Shown here: positions 1 to 8,451 of the stretch, piece by piece
How the letters are laid out: the number at the start of each line of letters is the position of its first letter
How positions within the stretch are numbered: the stretch's first letter is position 1
Source: Phycisphaeraceae bacterium
GTDB lineage: Bacteria; Planctomycetota; Phycisphaerae; Phycisphaerales; Zrk34
DNA length: 17,520 nt
Assembly (NCBI GenBank): GCA_040905565.1
Contig: JBBDRF010000073.1
Span: 1 to 17,520, forward strand
Direction of reading: 5' to 3'
Translations under genes and position numbers: made by a program
The notes under the pieces: generated by a model
Databases searched by the model: none
What the model saw: only the letters and a program-made list of their open reading frames with translations
Told to the model about the DNA's origin: nothing

Positions 1-704
1 CAGGCGGCACGTGTGGAGCGGCGACGGCGACCGACGGTGCGCTGACCGTTGGCCATGCGTTTTTCGGGGTGGGCATCAAGCAACGCGACAAGTTCCGTCG
101 GCGTACGGCCCCAGATGTCGGCACCGATCTCCTCGGAAAGTCCTTCGGCCCGGTTGAACACCCCGCCGCCGACGGCGACCTGTGTGTTAGGGCAGACGCC
201 GAGGTCGTGGAGCTGGTCGATGAGCTGACGGATGAACGGCAGATCAGCGGGGGTCGAGCCGAACAGGACGACGACCGCGGGTTCGGTCTCGCCGATCTGT
301 TGAATGATTTCGTCGTTGGCGACGCCGCCGCCCGGGAAGCTGACGTCGTAGCCGTCGGCTTCGAGGAGGTCGGCTGCCATTTGGCCGGCGAGTTCGTCGG
401 GTTCGTTGGGGCCGCAGACGAGGAGCAGGCGTTTGCCACGCGATTCGCGGGTCTCCAGTCGCATCTGCATCTGGTCGGTGAGCATGCGGAGCAGGCGGGT
501 GGCCATGTGATGCGCCATCTTGGCAAGCTGATCGTGGCGGTAAAGCTTTTCGATCATCTCCAGGGTCGGGTAGAACAGTTTTTCGATGATGCTTTCGGCC
601 GGTGCGTCGGCTGAGAGGCATTCGTCGACGATCTGCCTGGCGGCGGTGCGGTCGCCTGAGATAAGGGTCTCGAAAAATCGCTCGATTAGAACTTGCTGAC
701 TCAT
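1..704 (-). CDS. Cobalamin (B12)-binding-fold protein (helical cap plus Rossmann domain), 234 aa; stop codon probably cut by the window edge
   Basis: Translated by hand, as it is absent from the ORF track. ATG at 704 has GGAG upstream. Reads MSQQVLIERFFETLISGDRTAARQIVDECLSADAPAESIIEKLFYPTLEMIEKLYRHDQL...RLLLVCGPNEPDELAGQMAADLLEADGYDVSFPGGGV...VAVGGGVFNRAEGLSEEIGADIWG...RRRRSTRAA, then TG at the edge. The + ORF 69..614 is its antisense shadow. Confidence 0.8.
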   Translation of the reverse strand, partial: MSQQVLIERFFETLISGDRTAARQIVDECLSADAPAESIIEKLFYPTLEMIEKLYRHDQLAKMAHHMATRLLRMLTDQMQMRLETRESRGKRLLLVCGPNEPDELAGQMAADLLEADGYDVSFPGGGVANDEIIQQIGETEPAVVVLFGSTPADLPFIRQLIDQLHDLGVCPNTQVAVGGGVFNRAEGLSEEIGADIWGRTPTELVALLDAHPEKRMANGQRTVGRRRRSTRAA

Positions 705-881
705 CGTCACGTCTCCACGAACTGTCGTGTGCGTTGCGTGACGGTGTTTGCATCCCTGGCTCACCGTCCCGAAAATTTAATGCCCTGCACTCCGGCGAGG
801 CCCACGCAGAAGCTTTCACTCCTGCCGTTAAAGTTGATCGGAGAAGCGGGACAAATATCTTCACCATTTTTTCTATCTTTC

Positions 882-897
882 CCATATTAACATATGG
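882..897. promoter_or_regulatory. Palindrome CCATAT-N4-ATATGG, candidate operator overlapping a possible extended -10 (TGnTAATAT) on the minus strand
   Basis: Perfect 6-bp inverted repeat in an AT-rich patch of the divergent intergenic region. Confidence 0.35.
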
Positions 898-1117
898 CGC
901 GGTCGTGCCGATCGGTCGGAACGCACGGATTTTGCGCTATAGGTAAGGCAGGAGTAAGGAACCTGGCTGGGGACAGCCCGGCTCTGTTGTCAGGTGCGCC
1001 AAGAGCCGCGTTGTCCCAACACGGTCGACGCCAAGATCACTTATAAACGACACTTGCGTAACGATGCCGTTCGCTTCACGCCGCTCAGTGTTTCGCCATG
1101 TCGGCGGAAAAAGATCA

Positions 1118-1146
1118 TTGACGGCACCACAACACAAACCTAACAT
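1118..1146 (+). promoter_or_regulatory. Sigma70-type promoter of imuA-imuB-dnaE2
   Basis: TTGACG (1118-1123), 17-bp spacer, TAACAT (1141-1146), ending 9 nt before the imuA ATG. Confidence 0.6.
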
Positions 1147-1155
1147 CATCCTCCC

Positions 1156-1887
1156 ATGGATGCCAATCTTCGCCATCTTGTCGAGCGTGTTAAGGCTTTG
1201 GAGAGCCGAGGCGGCGATTTCGGTGAATCGGGCTCAAAAACGAGGACGGTGACGACGGCTGTGGGCGATCTGACAACGCGGCTGCATGAATGGCTGGGCG
1301 CGGAAGGGCCTGCCGAGGCCCCCTGGCTGCCGCCGGTGGCGGTGCTGACGCATGCCGCCTGCCGGGCTCAGCAGACGCTGGGCGAGACGGACGCGAAGTT
1401 GATCGTCTGGATCGGCCGTGCGGTGTGGCCCTACCCGGCGGTGCTGGATGAGAAGGCGATCGCGGCGAGCATCTGGGTTGAGCCTCGTGATATGGCGGAG
1501 CGGGCCCGGGCGGTGGAGCAGGCCTTGCGAAGCCCGGCGGTGGCGGCGGTCGTGGCCGATGGTTCCGGCCTGAGCTTCGCGGTGACCAGGCGTTTGCAAC
1601 TGGCAGCAGAAGCGGGGAGGGCGCTGGCGATGCTGGCCCGGCCGATGCGGGAGATCAGCAGCCGATCGGCCGCGGCTTACCGGTGGCGTGTTGACGTCGC
1701 CGAGGCGATCAACGGCTACCCGCGGTGGCGTGTGGAACGGATTCGCAGCAAGGACGCTGCGGAGAGTTATGGGAAAAGGATGACCAGCCAGGCGTGCTTC
1801 GTGGAGTGGCATCATGCTCAGGGCCTTGTCGCTGTACCTGCCGTGGTGGCCGACCGAGCGGATCGCCCGACGCGTCGCAGTGCATGA
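1156..1887 (+). CDS. imuA: ImuA, RecA/SulA-like mutasome accessory protein
   Basis: Motifs AVEQALRSPAVAAVVAD, RRLQLAAE and SAAAYRWRV; first gene of the cassette. Confidence 0.85.
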   Translation: MDANLRHLVERVKALESRGGDFGESGSKTRTVTTAVGDLTTRLHEWLGAEGPAEAPWLPPVAVLTHAACRAQQTLGETDAKLIVWIGRAVWPYPAVLDEKAIAASIWVEPRDMAERARAVEQALRSPAVAAVVADGSGLSFAVTRRLQLAAEAGRALAMLARPMREISSRSAAAYRWRVDVAEAINGYPRWRVERIRSKDAAESYGKRMTSQACFVEWHHAQGLVAVPAVVADRADRPTRRSA

Positions 1888-3283
1888 ACGCGGGGGCTGC
1901 ATTTTGCTGGTGCGGACGAGTGCGGGACGCCAGACGATCGTCCACGCCTCTCCGCAAGCGGTGGAGGCAGGCGTGGAGCGTGAGATGACACTGGCGCATG
2001 CGCGGTCGCTGCTGGCTGCTGAGCCGTTGGTTCAGGAGCACGCCCCGGCAGACGATCGGGGCGGCCTTGAACGGCTGGCGGTGTGGGCGACGCGTTTTTC
2101 GCCCAGCGTGATGGTCGACGGCAACGACCACGGGCTGCTGATCGACATCACCGGCTGCGCCCATCTGTACCAAGGCGAACGCCCTCTCGTGACGCAACTG
2201 CTCAAGGGCGTCGCCTCGCTCGGCCTAAGCGCCTCGGCTGCCGTGGCGCCGAGCTGCGGTGCAGCCTGGGCGCTGGCGCGATACCAGCAAGGCAAGGCTG
2301 CGATTGTCGATCATCTCTCAGCATTGCCCGAGGCCCTGGCCCCCCTGCCGGTGAGCGCGCTGCGTGTGGATGAGCCTACTGTTGACGCGTTGGCGGAGGT
2401 GGGCGTTCGGCGGGTCGGGCAGCTTCTGGATTTGCCTCGCCATGAGCTTCCCTCACGGTTCAGCGATGATCTGATGCTGCGGATCGACCAGGCGCTGGGG
2501 CGGGCGATGGAGCCGATCACGCCGATCCGCTCGAGCACGCTGCCCTGTGTTCAGCGGACGTTTGCGGGGCCGGTGAAGAAGCTCGAAGCGATTCAGCAGG
2601 CAACCCGGCAGTTGCTCGATCAGCTGTGCACACAACTGCTGGAGCGCGAGGCAGGCCTGAACCGGCTGCGCCTCACGCTTGACCGCAGCGACTGCGAGCC
2701 GATCCACCTGACCCTGCGTGTGAGCAGGCCCACGCGCGATGCCCGCCACCTGTGGCGGCTGCTGCAACCGAAGCTCGAAACGGCGCACCTCGGGTTCGGC
2801 GTCGAGACGATTTCGATCGAAGCGACACACATCGCGCCCCTTCCGCATCGGCAGCAGGTTGATGCGGCACTTCATGAACATGCTGCGACGTCGATCTCGT
2901 TTCATGCCGCCCACGGTCAGCTGCTCGATACGCTTCCCGCGCCATCGTCGTCGCCACCTGCGAGTCCGGGCCGGGCTTTTCCAAGTCTGGATACAGCGCC
3001 GGCGCCTTCCACAGCCGCTCGGCCGACGCAGCTGTTTGATCGTGCGGAGCCGGTGCAGGTGCAATCGCTGACGCATGATGGGCCGGTGCTTCAGATCAAC
3101 TGGCACGGCCGGCTGCATCATGTGGTCCGCAGCGTCGGGCCGGAACGGCTGACCAACGCGTGGTGGCGCGGGCCGACGAGCAGCCGGGACTATTTTCGTG
3201 TGCAGCTTGAATCGGGCTTGCATCTGTGGGTGTACCACGAGATGCCGAGCGGACTGTGGTTCGTGCATGGCTGGTGGGTTTGA
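1814..3283 (+). CDS. imuB: ImuB, inactive Y-family polymerase homolog
   Basis: N-terminal LYLPWWPTERI, GLLIDITGCAHLY, GAAWALAR, LAPLPVSALR, and C-terminal GPERL..WW...RDYFRV...WFVHG. GGAG upstream; overlaps imuA by 74 nt. Confidence 0.92.
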   Translation: MLRALSLYLPWWPTERIARRVAVHERGGCILLVRTSAGRQTIVHASPQAVEAGVEREMTLAHARSLLAAEPLVQEHAPADDRGGLERLAVWATRFSPSVMVDGNDHGLLIDITGCAHLYQGERPLVTQLLKGVASLGLSASAAVAPSCGAAWALARYQQGKAAIVDHLSALPEALAPLPVSALRVDEPTVDALAEVGVRRVGQLLDLPRHELPSRFSDDLMLRIDQALGRAMEPITPIRSSTLPCVQRTFAGPVKKLEAIQQATRQLLDQLCTQLLEREAGLNRLRLTLDRSDCEPIHLTLRVSRPTRDARHLWRLLQPKLETAHLGFGVETISIEATHIAPLPHRQQVDAALHEHAATSISFHAAHGQLLDTLPAPSSSPPASPGRAFPSLDTAPAPSTAARPTQLFDRAEPVQVQSLTHDGPVLQINWHGRLHHVVRSVGPERLTNAWWRGPTSSRDYFRVQLESGLHLWVYHEMPSGLWFVHGWWV

Positions 3284-6200
3284 TGCCTGAATCGGCTTCC
3301 AAACTCGTGCCCCATCCCGCGCGTCGGGCTCATCAGCAGCGGGCGGCTTCGAACGTGGATCAGCTGCCTTACGCTGAGCTTCAGGTGACGACAAACTTCA
3401 CGTTTCTGACCGGTGCGTCGCATGCCGACGAACTTGCCGATCGGGCGGCGGCACTGGGTTACCGCGGGTTGGCGGTGACGGATACGAACACGCTGGCGGG
3501 TGTGGTGCGGATGCACGTGGCGGCGAAGCAGGCGGGGGTGCCGTTGGCGATCGGGTGTCGGCTTCTGCTGGCATGGCATGACGATCGGCAGCCGTTTGAG
3601 GTGCTGGTGTACCCGACCACGCGTGAAGCCTACGGCCGGCTGTGCGCGCTGCTGACACGCGGCAAATTGCGGGTATCCAAGGGCGAATGCTACCTCACGC
3701 TGCACGATCTGCTGGAGGCGCACGAAGATCTGCTCGCGGTGATCGTTCCGCCTGAGACCATCGACAGCGGCTACCTCGATGCCGTGGCGGGGCTGCGGCG
3801 GGTGTTCGATGACGATCGTCTTTCGCTGGCAGCGACGTGCCCGCTGGGGGCGGATGATGTGGATCGACTCACGCAGCTCGCGCAGCTGGCGGAGCATGTG
3901 CAGCTGCCGTTGGCGGCGACGAATGACGTGCAGTATCACAGCCCGTCGCACAAGCCGTTGCATGATGTGCTGGCGTGTATTCGTGCGGGGGTGACGCTCG
4001 ACGAGGCGGGCCCGTTGCTTCGGCCGAACGCGGAACAGCACCTTAAAGAGCCGGCCCAGATGCATCGGCTGTTCGCAGACTATCCCGATGCGATCCGGCG
4101 CAGCGTGGCGATTATCGAACGGGCCTCACGCTTCAGCCTGGACGAACTGCGCTATGAATATCCGCACGAGACGTGCCCGCCGGGCGCTTCGCCGATGACG
4201 CACCTGCGTGAGCTGACCCGGCAAGGCGTGGCGGAACATTATCCCGAAGGGCTGCCGACGAAGGTGCATCATCAGATCGAGCACGAACTCAAGCTCATCG
4301 AAGCGCTCGACTATCCGCACTACTTTCTGACCGTTCACGACATTGTTGACTTCGCCCGCAGCCGGGGCATCCTCTGCCAGGGACGCGGGGCGGCGGCGAA
4401 CTCGGCGGTCTGCTTCTGCCTCGGCATCACCGAGGTCGACCCGGCACGCAGCTCGATGCTCTTCGAACGCTTCATCAGTAAGGAACGCGATGAGCCGCCC
4501 GACATCGATGTTGATTTCGAACACGAACGGCGGGAGGAGGTCATCCAGTATCTCTACAACAAGTACGGTCGGCATCGCGCGGCCCTGACGGCGGAGGTGG
4601 TCACGTACCGCACGCGATCGGCGGTGCGCGATGTAGGCAAAACGCTGGGCCTTTCGCTCGACGCGGTGGATCGGCTGGCGAAGCATCATCAATGGTTCGA
4701 TGCGCCAGAGCTTCGCCCGCAGGCGCTGCGTGAGCTGGGGTTCAATCCCGACGATCCGCTGCTGACGCGGCTGACGTTTCTGGTCGGCCAGATCCTTGGC
4801 TTCCCCCGGCATCTCTCGCAGCACGTGGGCGGGTTCGTGCTGACCCAGCGGCCGTTGAGCGAGACGGTGCCGATCGAGAACGCTGCCATGCCCAATCGCA
4901 CGGTGATCGAGTGGGACAAGGACGACATCGAAGCGCTCGGCATGCTCAAAGTCGACGTGCTGGGGCTGGGCATGCTGACCTGCGTACGCAAATGTTTTGA
5001 TCTGGTGGCACAGCACTACGGCAAGCGATGCACGATGCACAGCCTGCCCCCGGATGACGCGGCGGTGTACGAGATGATCTGCAAGGCGGACACGGTGGGC
5101 GTGTTTCAAATTGAAAGCCGGGCGCAGATGTCGATGCTTCCCCGGCTGCGGCCGCGCACCTTTTACGACCTCGTGATCGAAGTGGCGATCGTCCGGCCGG
5201 GTCCGATCCAAGGCGGCATGGTGCATCCGTACCTGCGGCGAAGGATCGAACACGAACCGGTCACCTACCCCAGCGAGGCGGTGCGCGCGGTGCTCGAGCG
5301 AACGCTCGGCGTGCCGTTGTTTCAGGAGCAGGCGATGGCGCTGGCCGTTTGTGCCGCTGGGTTCACACCCGGCGAAGCCGACGCGCTGCGACGCGCCATG
5401 GCGGCGTGGAAACGCAAGGAGGATGTAATTCTTCGCTTCAAGGAACGGCTGATCACCGGCATGCTCGCCAACGGCTATACGCATCAGTTCGCCGAGCAAT
5501 GTTACCAGCAGATTCGCGGGTTCAGCGGGTACGGTTTTCCCGAATCCCATGCGGCCAGCTTTGCGCTGATCGTCTACGTTTCCGCATGGTTGAAGTGCCA
5601 CTACCCTGCTGCTTTCGCCGCGGCGCTGCTGAACAGTCAACCGATGGGCTTCTATGCGCCCGCTCAGATTGTGCGCGATGCGCAGGCGCACGGGGTGACG
5701 GTGCTGCCGATCGACATCAACCACAGCGGGTGGGATTGCACGCTTGAGTGGATGCCCGATGAGGCTCACTTCGCGTTGCGGCTGGGGATGCGGCTGACCC
5801 GGGGGCTCCCGCAGCAGGAGGCTCAGATGCTTGCGGATGCGGTGGCGCAGCACGGACCGTTTGAGAATATGGATCGGCTGTGGCGTGTGAGCCATGTGCC
5901 GGTGCGGGCGCTGCGAAGGCTGGCCTCGGCTGATGCGTTCGGCTCGATGCGGCTGGATCGGCAGCAGGCGTTGTGGCAGGTCAGGCGGCTGCGTGATGAA
6001 TCGCTCCCGCTTTTTGATGACCACGAGAATGACGACGACGCGAGCATCCCCGCTGCCCTGCCACACATTTCCGAGCCGCACCAGGTGGCGCATGATTACG
6101 GTGCGACGGGGCTTTCGCTGAAGACGCATCCGATGGCGTTCCTTCGGCCGCGCGTGGCGGCGAAGGACGTGACACGCAACGAGGAGCTGGCCGATCGTGA

Positions 6201-6504
6201 TCGTCATCCGGACGGTCAGCGGATCGCGGTGGCGGGGCTGGTGTTGATCCGTCAGCGGCCGAGCACAGCATCGGGCGTCGTATTTATTACGCTGGAAGAT
6301 GAAACGGGGATCGCGAACCTGATCATTCGGCCGGAGGTCTTCGAGCGCTACCGCAGGGCAGCGAACTTCGGGCGCATCATCCTGGCGCGCGGCACGGTGG
6401 AGCGTGATAAAACTGGGCGGGTCGTCCACGTTCTGGCGAAACATCTGGAGGAAATCAGCCGGCCTGATTCATCGCTTGAGCACAAGCAGCGGAACTTTCA
6501 CTGA
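3283..6504 (+). CDS. dnaE2: Error-prone DNA polymerase DnaE2 (ImuC)
   Basis: PHP domain (YAELQVTTNFTFL), CQGRGAAANS, catalytic PDIDVDFEH, FPRHLSQHVGGF, GYGFPESHAASFA, OB fold and C-terminal RNFH tail. Start placed at the TGATG overlap with the imuB stop instead of 3226. Confidence 0.96.
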   Translation: MPESASKLVPHPARRAHQQRAASNVDQLPYAELQVTTNFTFLTGASHADELADRAAALGYRGLAVTDTNTLAGVVRMHVAAKQAGVPLAIGCRLLLAWHDDRQPFEVLVYPTTREAYGRLCALLTRGKLRVSKGECYLTLHDLLEAHEDLLAVIVPPETIDSGYLDAVAGLRRVFDDDRLSLAATCPLGADDVDRLTQLAQLAEHVQLPLAATNDVQYHSPSHKPLHDVLACIRAGVTLDEAGPLLRPNAEQHLKEPAQMHRLFADYPDAIRRSVAIIERASRFSLDELRYEYPHETCPPGASPMTHLRELTRQGVAEHYPEGLPTKVHHQIEHELKLIEALDYPHYFLTVHDIVDFARSRGILCQGRGAAANSAVCFCLGITEVDPARSSMLFERFISKERDEPPDIDVDFEHERREEVIQYLYNKYGRHRAALTAEVVTYRTRSAVRDVGKTLGLSLDAVDRLAKHHQWFDAPELRPQALRELGFNPDDPLLTRLTFLVGQILGFPRHLSQHVGGFVLTQRPLSETVPIENAAMPNRTVIEWDKDDIEALGMLKVDVLGLGMLTCVRKCFDLVAQHYGKRCTMHSLPPDDAAVYEMICKADTVGVFQIESRAQMSMLPRLRPRTFYDLVIEVAIVRPGPIQGGMVHPYLRRRIEHEPVTYPSEAVRAVLERTLGVPLFQEQAMALAVCAAGFTPGEADALRRAMAAWKRKEDVILRFKERLITGMLANGYTHQFAEQCYQQIRGFSGYGFPESHAASFALIVYVSAWLKCHYPAAFAAALLNSQPMGFYAPAQIVRDAQAHGVTVLPIDINHSGWDCTLEWMPDEAHFALRLGMRLTRGLPQQEAQMLADAVAQHGPFENMDRLWRVSHVPVRALRRLASADAFGSMRLDRQQALWQVRRLRDESLPLFDDHENDDDASIPAALPHISEPHQVAHDYGATGLSLKTHPMAFLRPRVAAKDVTRNEELADRDRHPDGQRIAVAGLVLIRQRPSTASGVVFITLEDETGIANLIIRPEVFERYRRAANFGRIILARGTVERDKTGRVVHVLAKHLEEISRPDSSLEHKQRNFH

Positions 6505-6677
6505 TCGGCTTCGCGCTCGAATCCCGCAGTTGCGTCGTCTTTCGCCGAACCGTAGGGGCAGTGTCGGCAGCCGTTTTCACAGCAGTGGCCACGCTTGAGC
6601 AGGTACGCCGCGGTGAAGACATAGCGGCCGTCGGGGTCGACGTAGAAATCTTCGCCTTCGGTGAGTGCTTCGGTCAT
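6498..6677 (-). CDS. Small Cys-rich protein, DUF5522-like (59 aa)
   Basis: MTEALTEGEDFYVDPDGRYVFTAAYLLKRGHCCENGCRHCPYG. ATG at 6677 lies 8 nt after the prfC stop. Confidence 0.8.
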   Translation of the reverse strand: MTEALTEGEDFYVDPDGRYVFTAAYLLKRGHCCENGCRHCPYGSAKDDATAGFEREADQ

Positions 6678-6685
6678 AGCCCGCT

Positions 6686-8296
6686 CTAGCCGGCGGTCGG
6701 GTCGGGTTGGTTGGTGGCAGGTTGGCGGAGAAGTTCCACGTCGGCATTGCGATCGGCGAAGAAGCGCAGTTGCCAATCGTCTGCGAATAGCAGGACGGGC
6801 TCGCCGTTGGGATCCATCGCCTTCTCCACCCCGCTCGGCAGGGAGAGTGATTCATGGTCGACCGCACCGGGATCGGCGAGCCAGCGTGCTTTGTTCCAGG
6901 GCGTCGACTCGAGGCGTGATTCAGCGCCGTATTCGTTCTCCAGCCGATGCTGCACGATCTCGAACTGAAGCGGACCGACCGCCGCAAGAAGTGTAATCTT
7001 CTGCTGGCGCTGGGGCATCGTGAACCGCTGAACCACGCCCTCTTCGAGCAGTTGCTCGACGCCCTGGTCAAAGCGTTTGTACTTGCCCGGCGTCGGGTTG
7101 TGAAGGTAGGCGAAACACTCGGGAGCGAAGCGGGGAATCTCTTCGTAGCGGATATCGGGCGACTCGGTGAGCGTATCGCCGATGCGGAACTCGCGCGGGC
7201 AAGCGACGCCGATGACGTCGCCGGGGTAGGCCACGTCGACCGTCTCACGATCACGACCGAACAGGGCATGGGCGGTGCCGAGGCGGATCTTGCGACCACT
7301 CTGAGCGTGGAGCACCGTGGTGTCACGATTGAATTGGCCGGAGACGATGCGGATGTAGGCGATGCGATCGCGATGGCGGGGATCGGTGTTGGCCTGGATT
7401 TTGAAGATGAACCCTGAAAAGTCGGCGGAGTCAGGCTTGACGATGCCGGCGGTTGATGCGCGGGGCCCGGGCGGAGGGGCATTCTGGATGAACGCGTCGA
7501 GCAGCAGCTGGACACCGAAGTTGTTCATCGCGCTGCCGAAGAAGACGGGCGTCAGCTCGCCGGAATGCACGGCTTGAAGATCGAACGGTGAGCCCGCGCC
7601 GTCAAGGATCTCCACTTCCTCCCGCACCGTGGCGAGGACCTCGGGGTTGAGACGTTCGGCGACGACGGGATCATCCACGCTCAGCACGTCGACCGGGGCA
7701 CGGTAGCTGCCGTGCGGGGCACGCTCGAAGAGATGCACACGCTGATCCTGCCGATCGTAAACGCCCTTGAATTCGGTGCCGGTGCCGAGGGGCCAGTTGG
7801 CGGCGTAGGCCTGAATGCCGAGGACGGATTCGAGTTCATCGAGGAGGCCGAGCAGCGGCATCGTGGGGCGGTCGAGCTTGTTGATGAAGGTGAAGATCGG
7901 CACGCCACGCGCTCGACAAACCTCGAAGAGCTTGCGGGTTTCCGGCTCGATGCCCTTGGCGGCGTCAATGACCATCACGGCGGCATCCACAGCAGTCAGC
8001 ACGCGGTAAGTGTCTTCGGAGAAGTCCTTATGGCCGGGCGTGTCGAGCAGGTTGATGCGGTGGTCGAGGTACTCAAACTGCAGCACGGTGGAGCTGATGG
8101 AGATACCACGCTTCTGCTCCAGTTCCATCCAGTCGGAACTGGTTGAGCGTTGCTGTTTGCGCGCGGTGACCGAGCCGGCCAGTTGCACCGCACCACTGTA
8201 GAGCAGCATTTTTTCGGTGAGCGTGGTCTTGCCCGCGTCGGGGTGGGAGATAATGGCGAACGTTCGCCGCCTAGCGATTTCGTCGCCTGGTCGCAT
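6686..8296 (-). CDS. prfC: Peptide chain release factor 3
   Basis: RRTFAIISHPDAGKTTLTEK, SDWMELE, DTPGHKDFSEDTYR, NKLD, FKIQAN.DPRHRDRIA and AVG.LQFE motifs; 536 aa. Confidence 0.97.
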   Translation of the reverse strand: MRPGDEIARRRTFAIISHPDAGKTTLTEKMLLYSGAVQLAGSVTARKQQRSTSSDWMELEQKRGISISSTVLQFEYLDHRINLLDTPGHKDFSEDTYRVLTAVDAAVMVIDAAKGIEPETRKLFEVCRARGVPIFTFINKLDRPTMPLLGLLDELESVLGIQAYAANWPLGTGTEFKGVYDRQDQRVHLFERAPHGSYRAPVDVLSVDDPVVAERLNPEVLATVREEVEILDGAGSPFDLQAVHSGELTPVFFGSAMNNFGVQLLLDAFIQNAPPPGPRASTAGIVKPDSADFSGFIFKIQANTDPRHRDRIAYIRIVSGQFNRDTTVLHAQSGRKIRLGTAHALFGRDRETVDVAYPGDVIGVACPREFRIGDTLTESPDIRYEEIPRFAPECFAYLHNPTPGKYKRFDQGVEQLLEEGVVQRFTMPQRQQKITLLAAVGPLQFEIVQHRLENEYGAESRLESTPWNKARWLADPGAVDHESLSLPSGVEKAMDPNGEPVLLFADDWQLRFFADRNADVELLRQPATNQPDPTAG

Positions 8297-8417
8297 GGTG
8301 GATCGTCTCTAATCTTGATAGGTGAACTGGGGTGGGCCAATACGCAGTTTATTCCGCGGCCCGGCGAAAGTCACCCCGCCCCCCCCACTGCCCCCCACCT
8401 GCTGTGGCGGAGCCAGA

Positions 8418-8438
8418 CCCACGGCGTGACGCCGTGGG
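8418..8438. repeat. Inverted repeat CCCACGGCGT-G-ACGCCGTGGG (REP-like or terminator hairpin)
   Basis: Perfect 10-bp arms 13 nt downstream of the stop at 8452; stem extendable with GGAGC/GCTCC; no U-tract. Confidence 0.5.
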
Positions 8439-8451
8439 CTTCGTGCTCCAT

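Noticed and set aside
705..880. Cobalamin or c-di-GMP riboswitch upstream of the B12-fold gene
   Set aside because: Core motifs (B12 box, GGGAA/GCCACTG; GGCAAAC...GACGCAAAG) were not found.
69..885. ORF-track entries 69..614(+) and 244..885(-)
   Set aside because: Antisense and off-frame shadows of the real minus-strand gene starting at 704.
970..1017. SRP RNA (contains TCAGGT)
   Set aside because: Lacks the GGAA tetraloop and AGCAG motif, and is too short.
3226..3282. Upstream GTG start for dnaE2
   Set aside because: The TGATG coupling at 3283 is more plausible, and the extension lies inside imuB.
4126..6444. 772-aa minus-strand ORF, and similar long antisense ORFs at 11001, 12619, 13729 and 16029
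   Set aside because: Typical antisense shadows of high-GC3 genes with no recognisable motifs.
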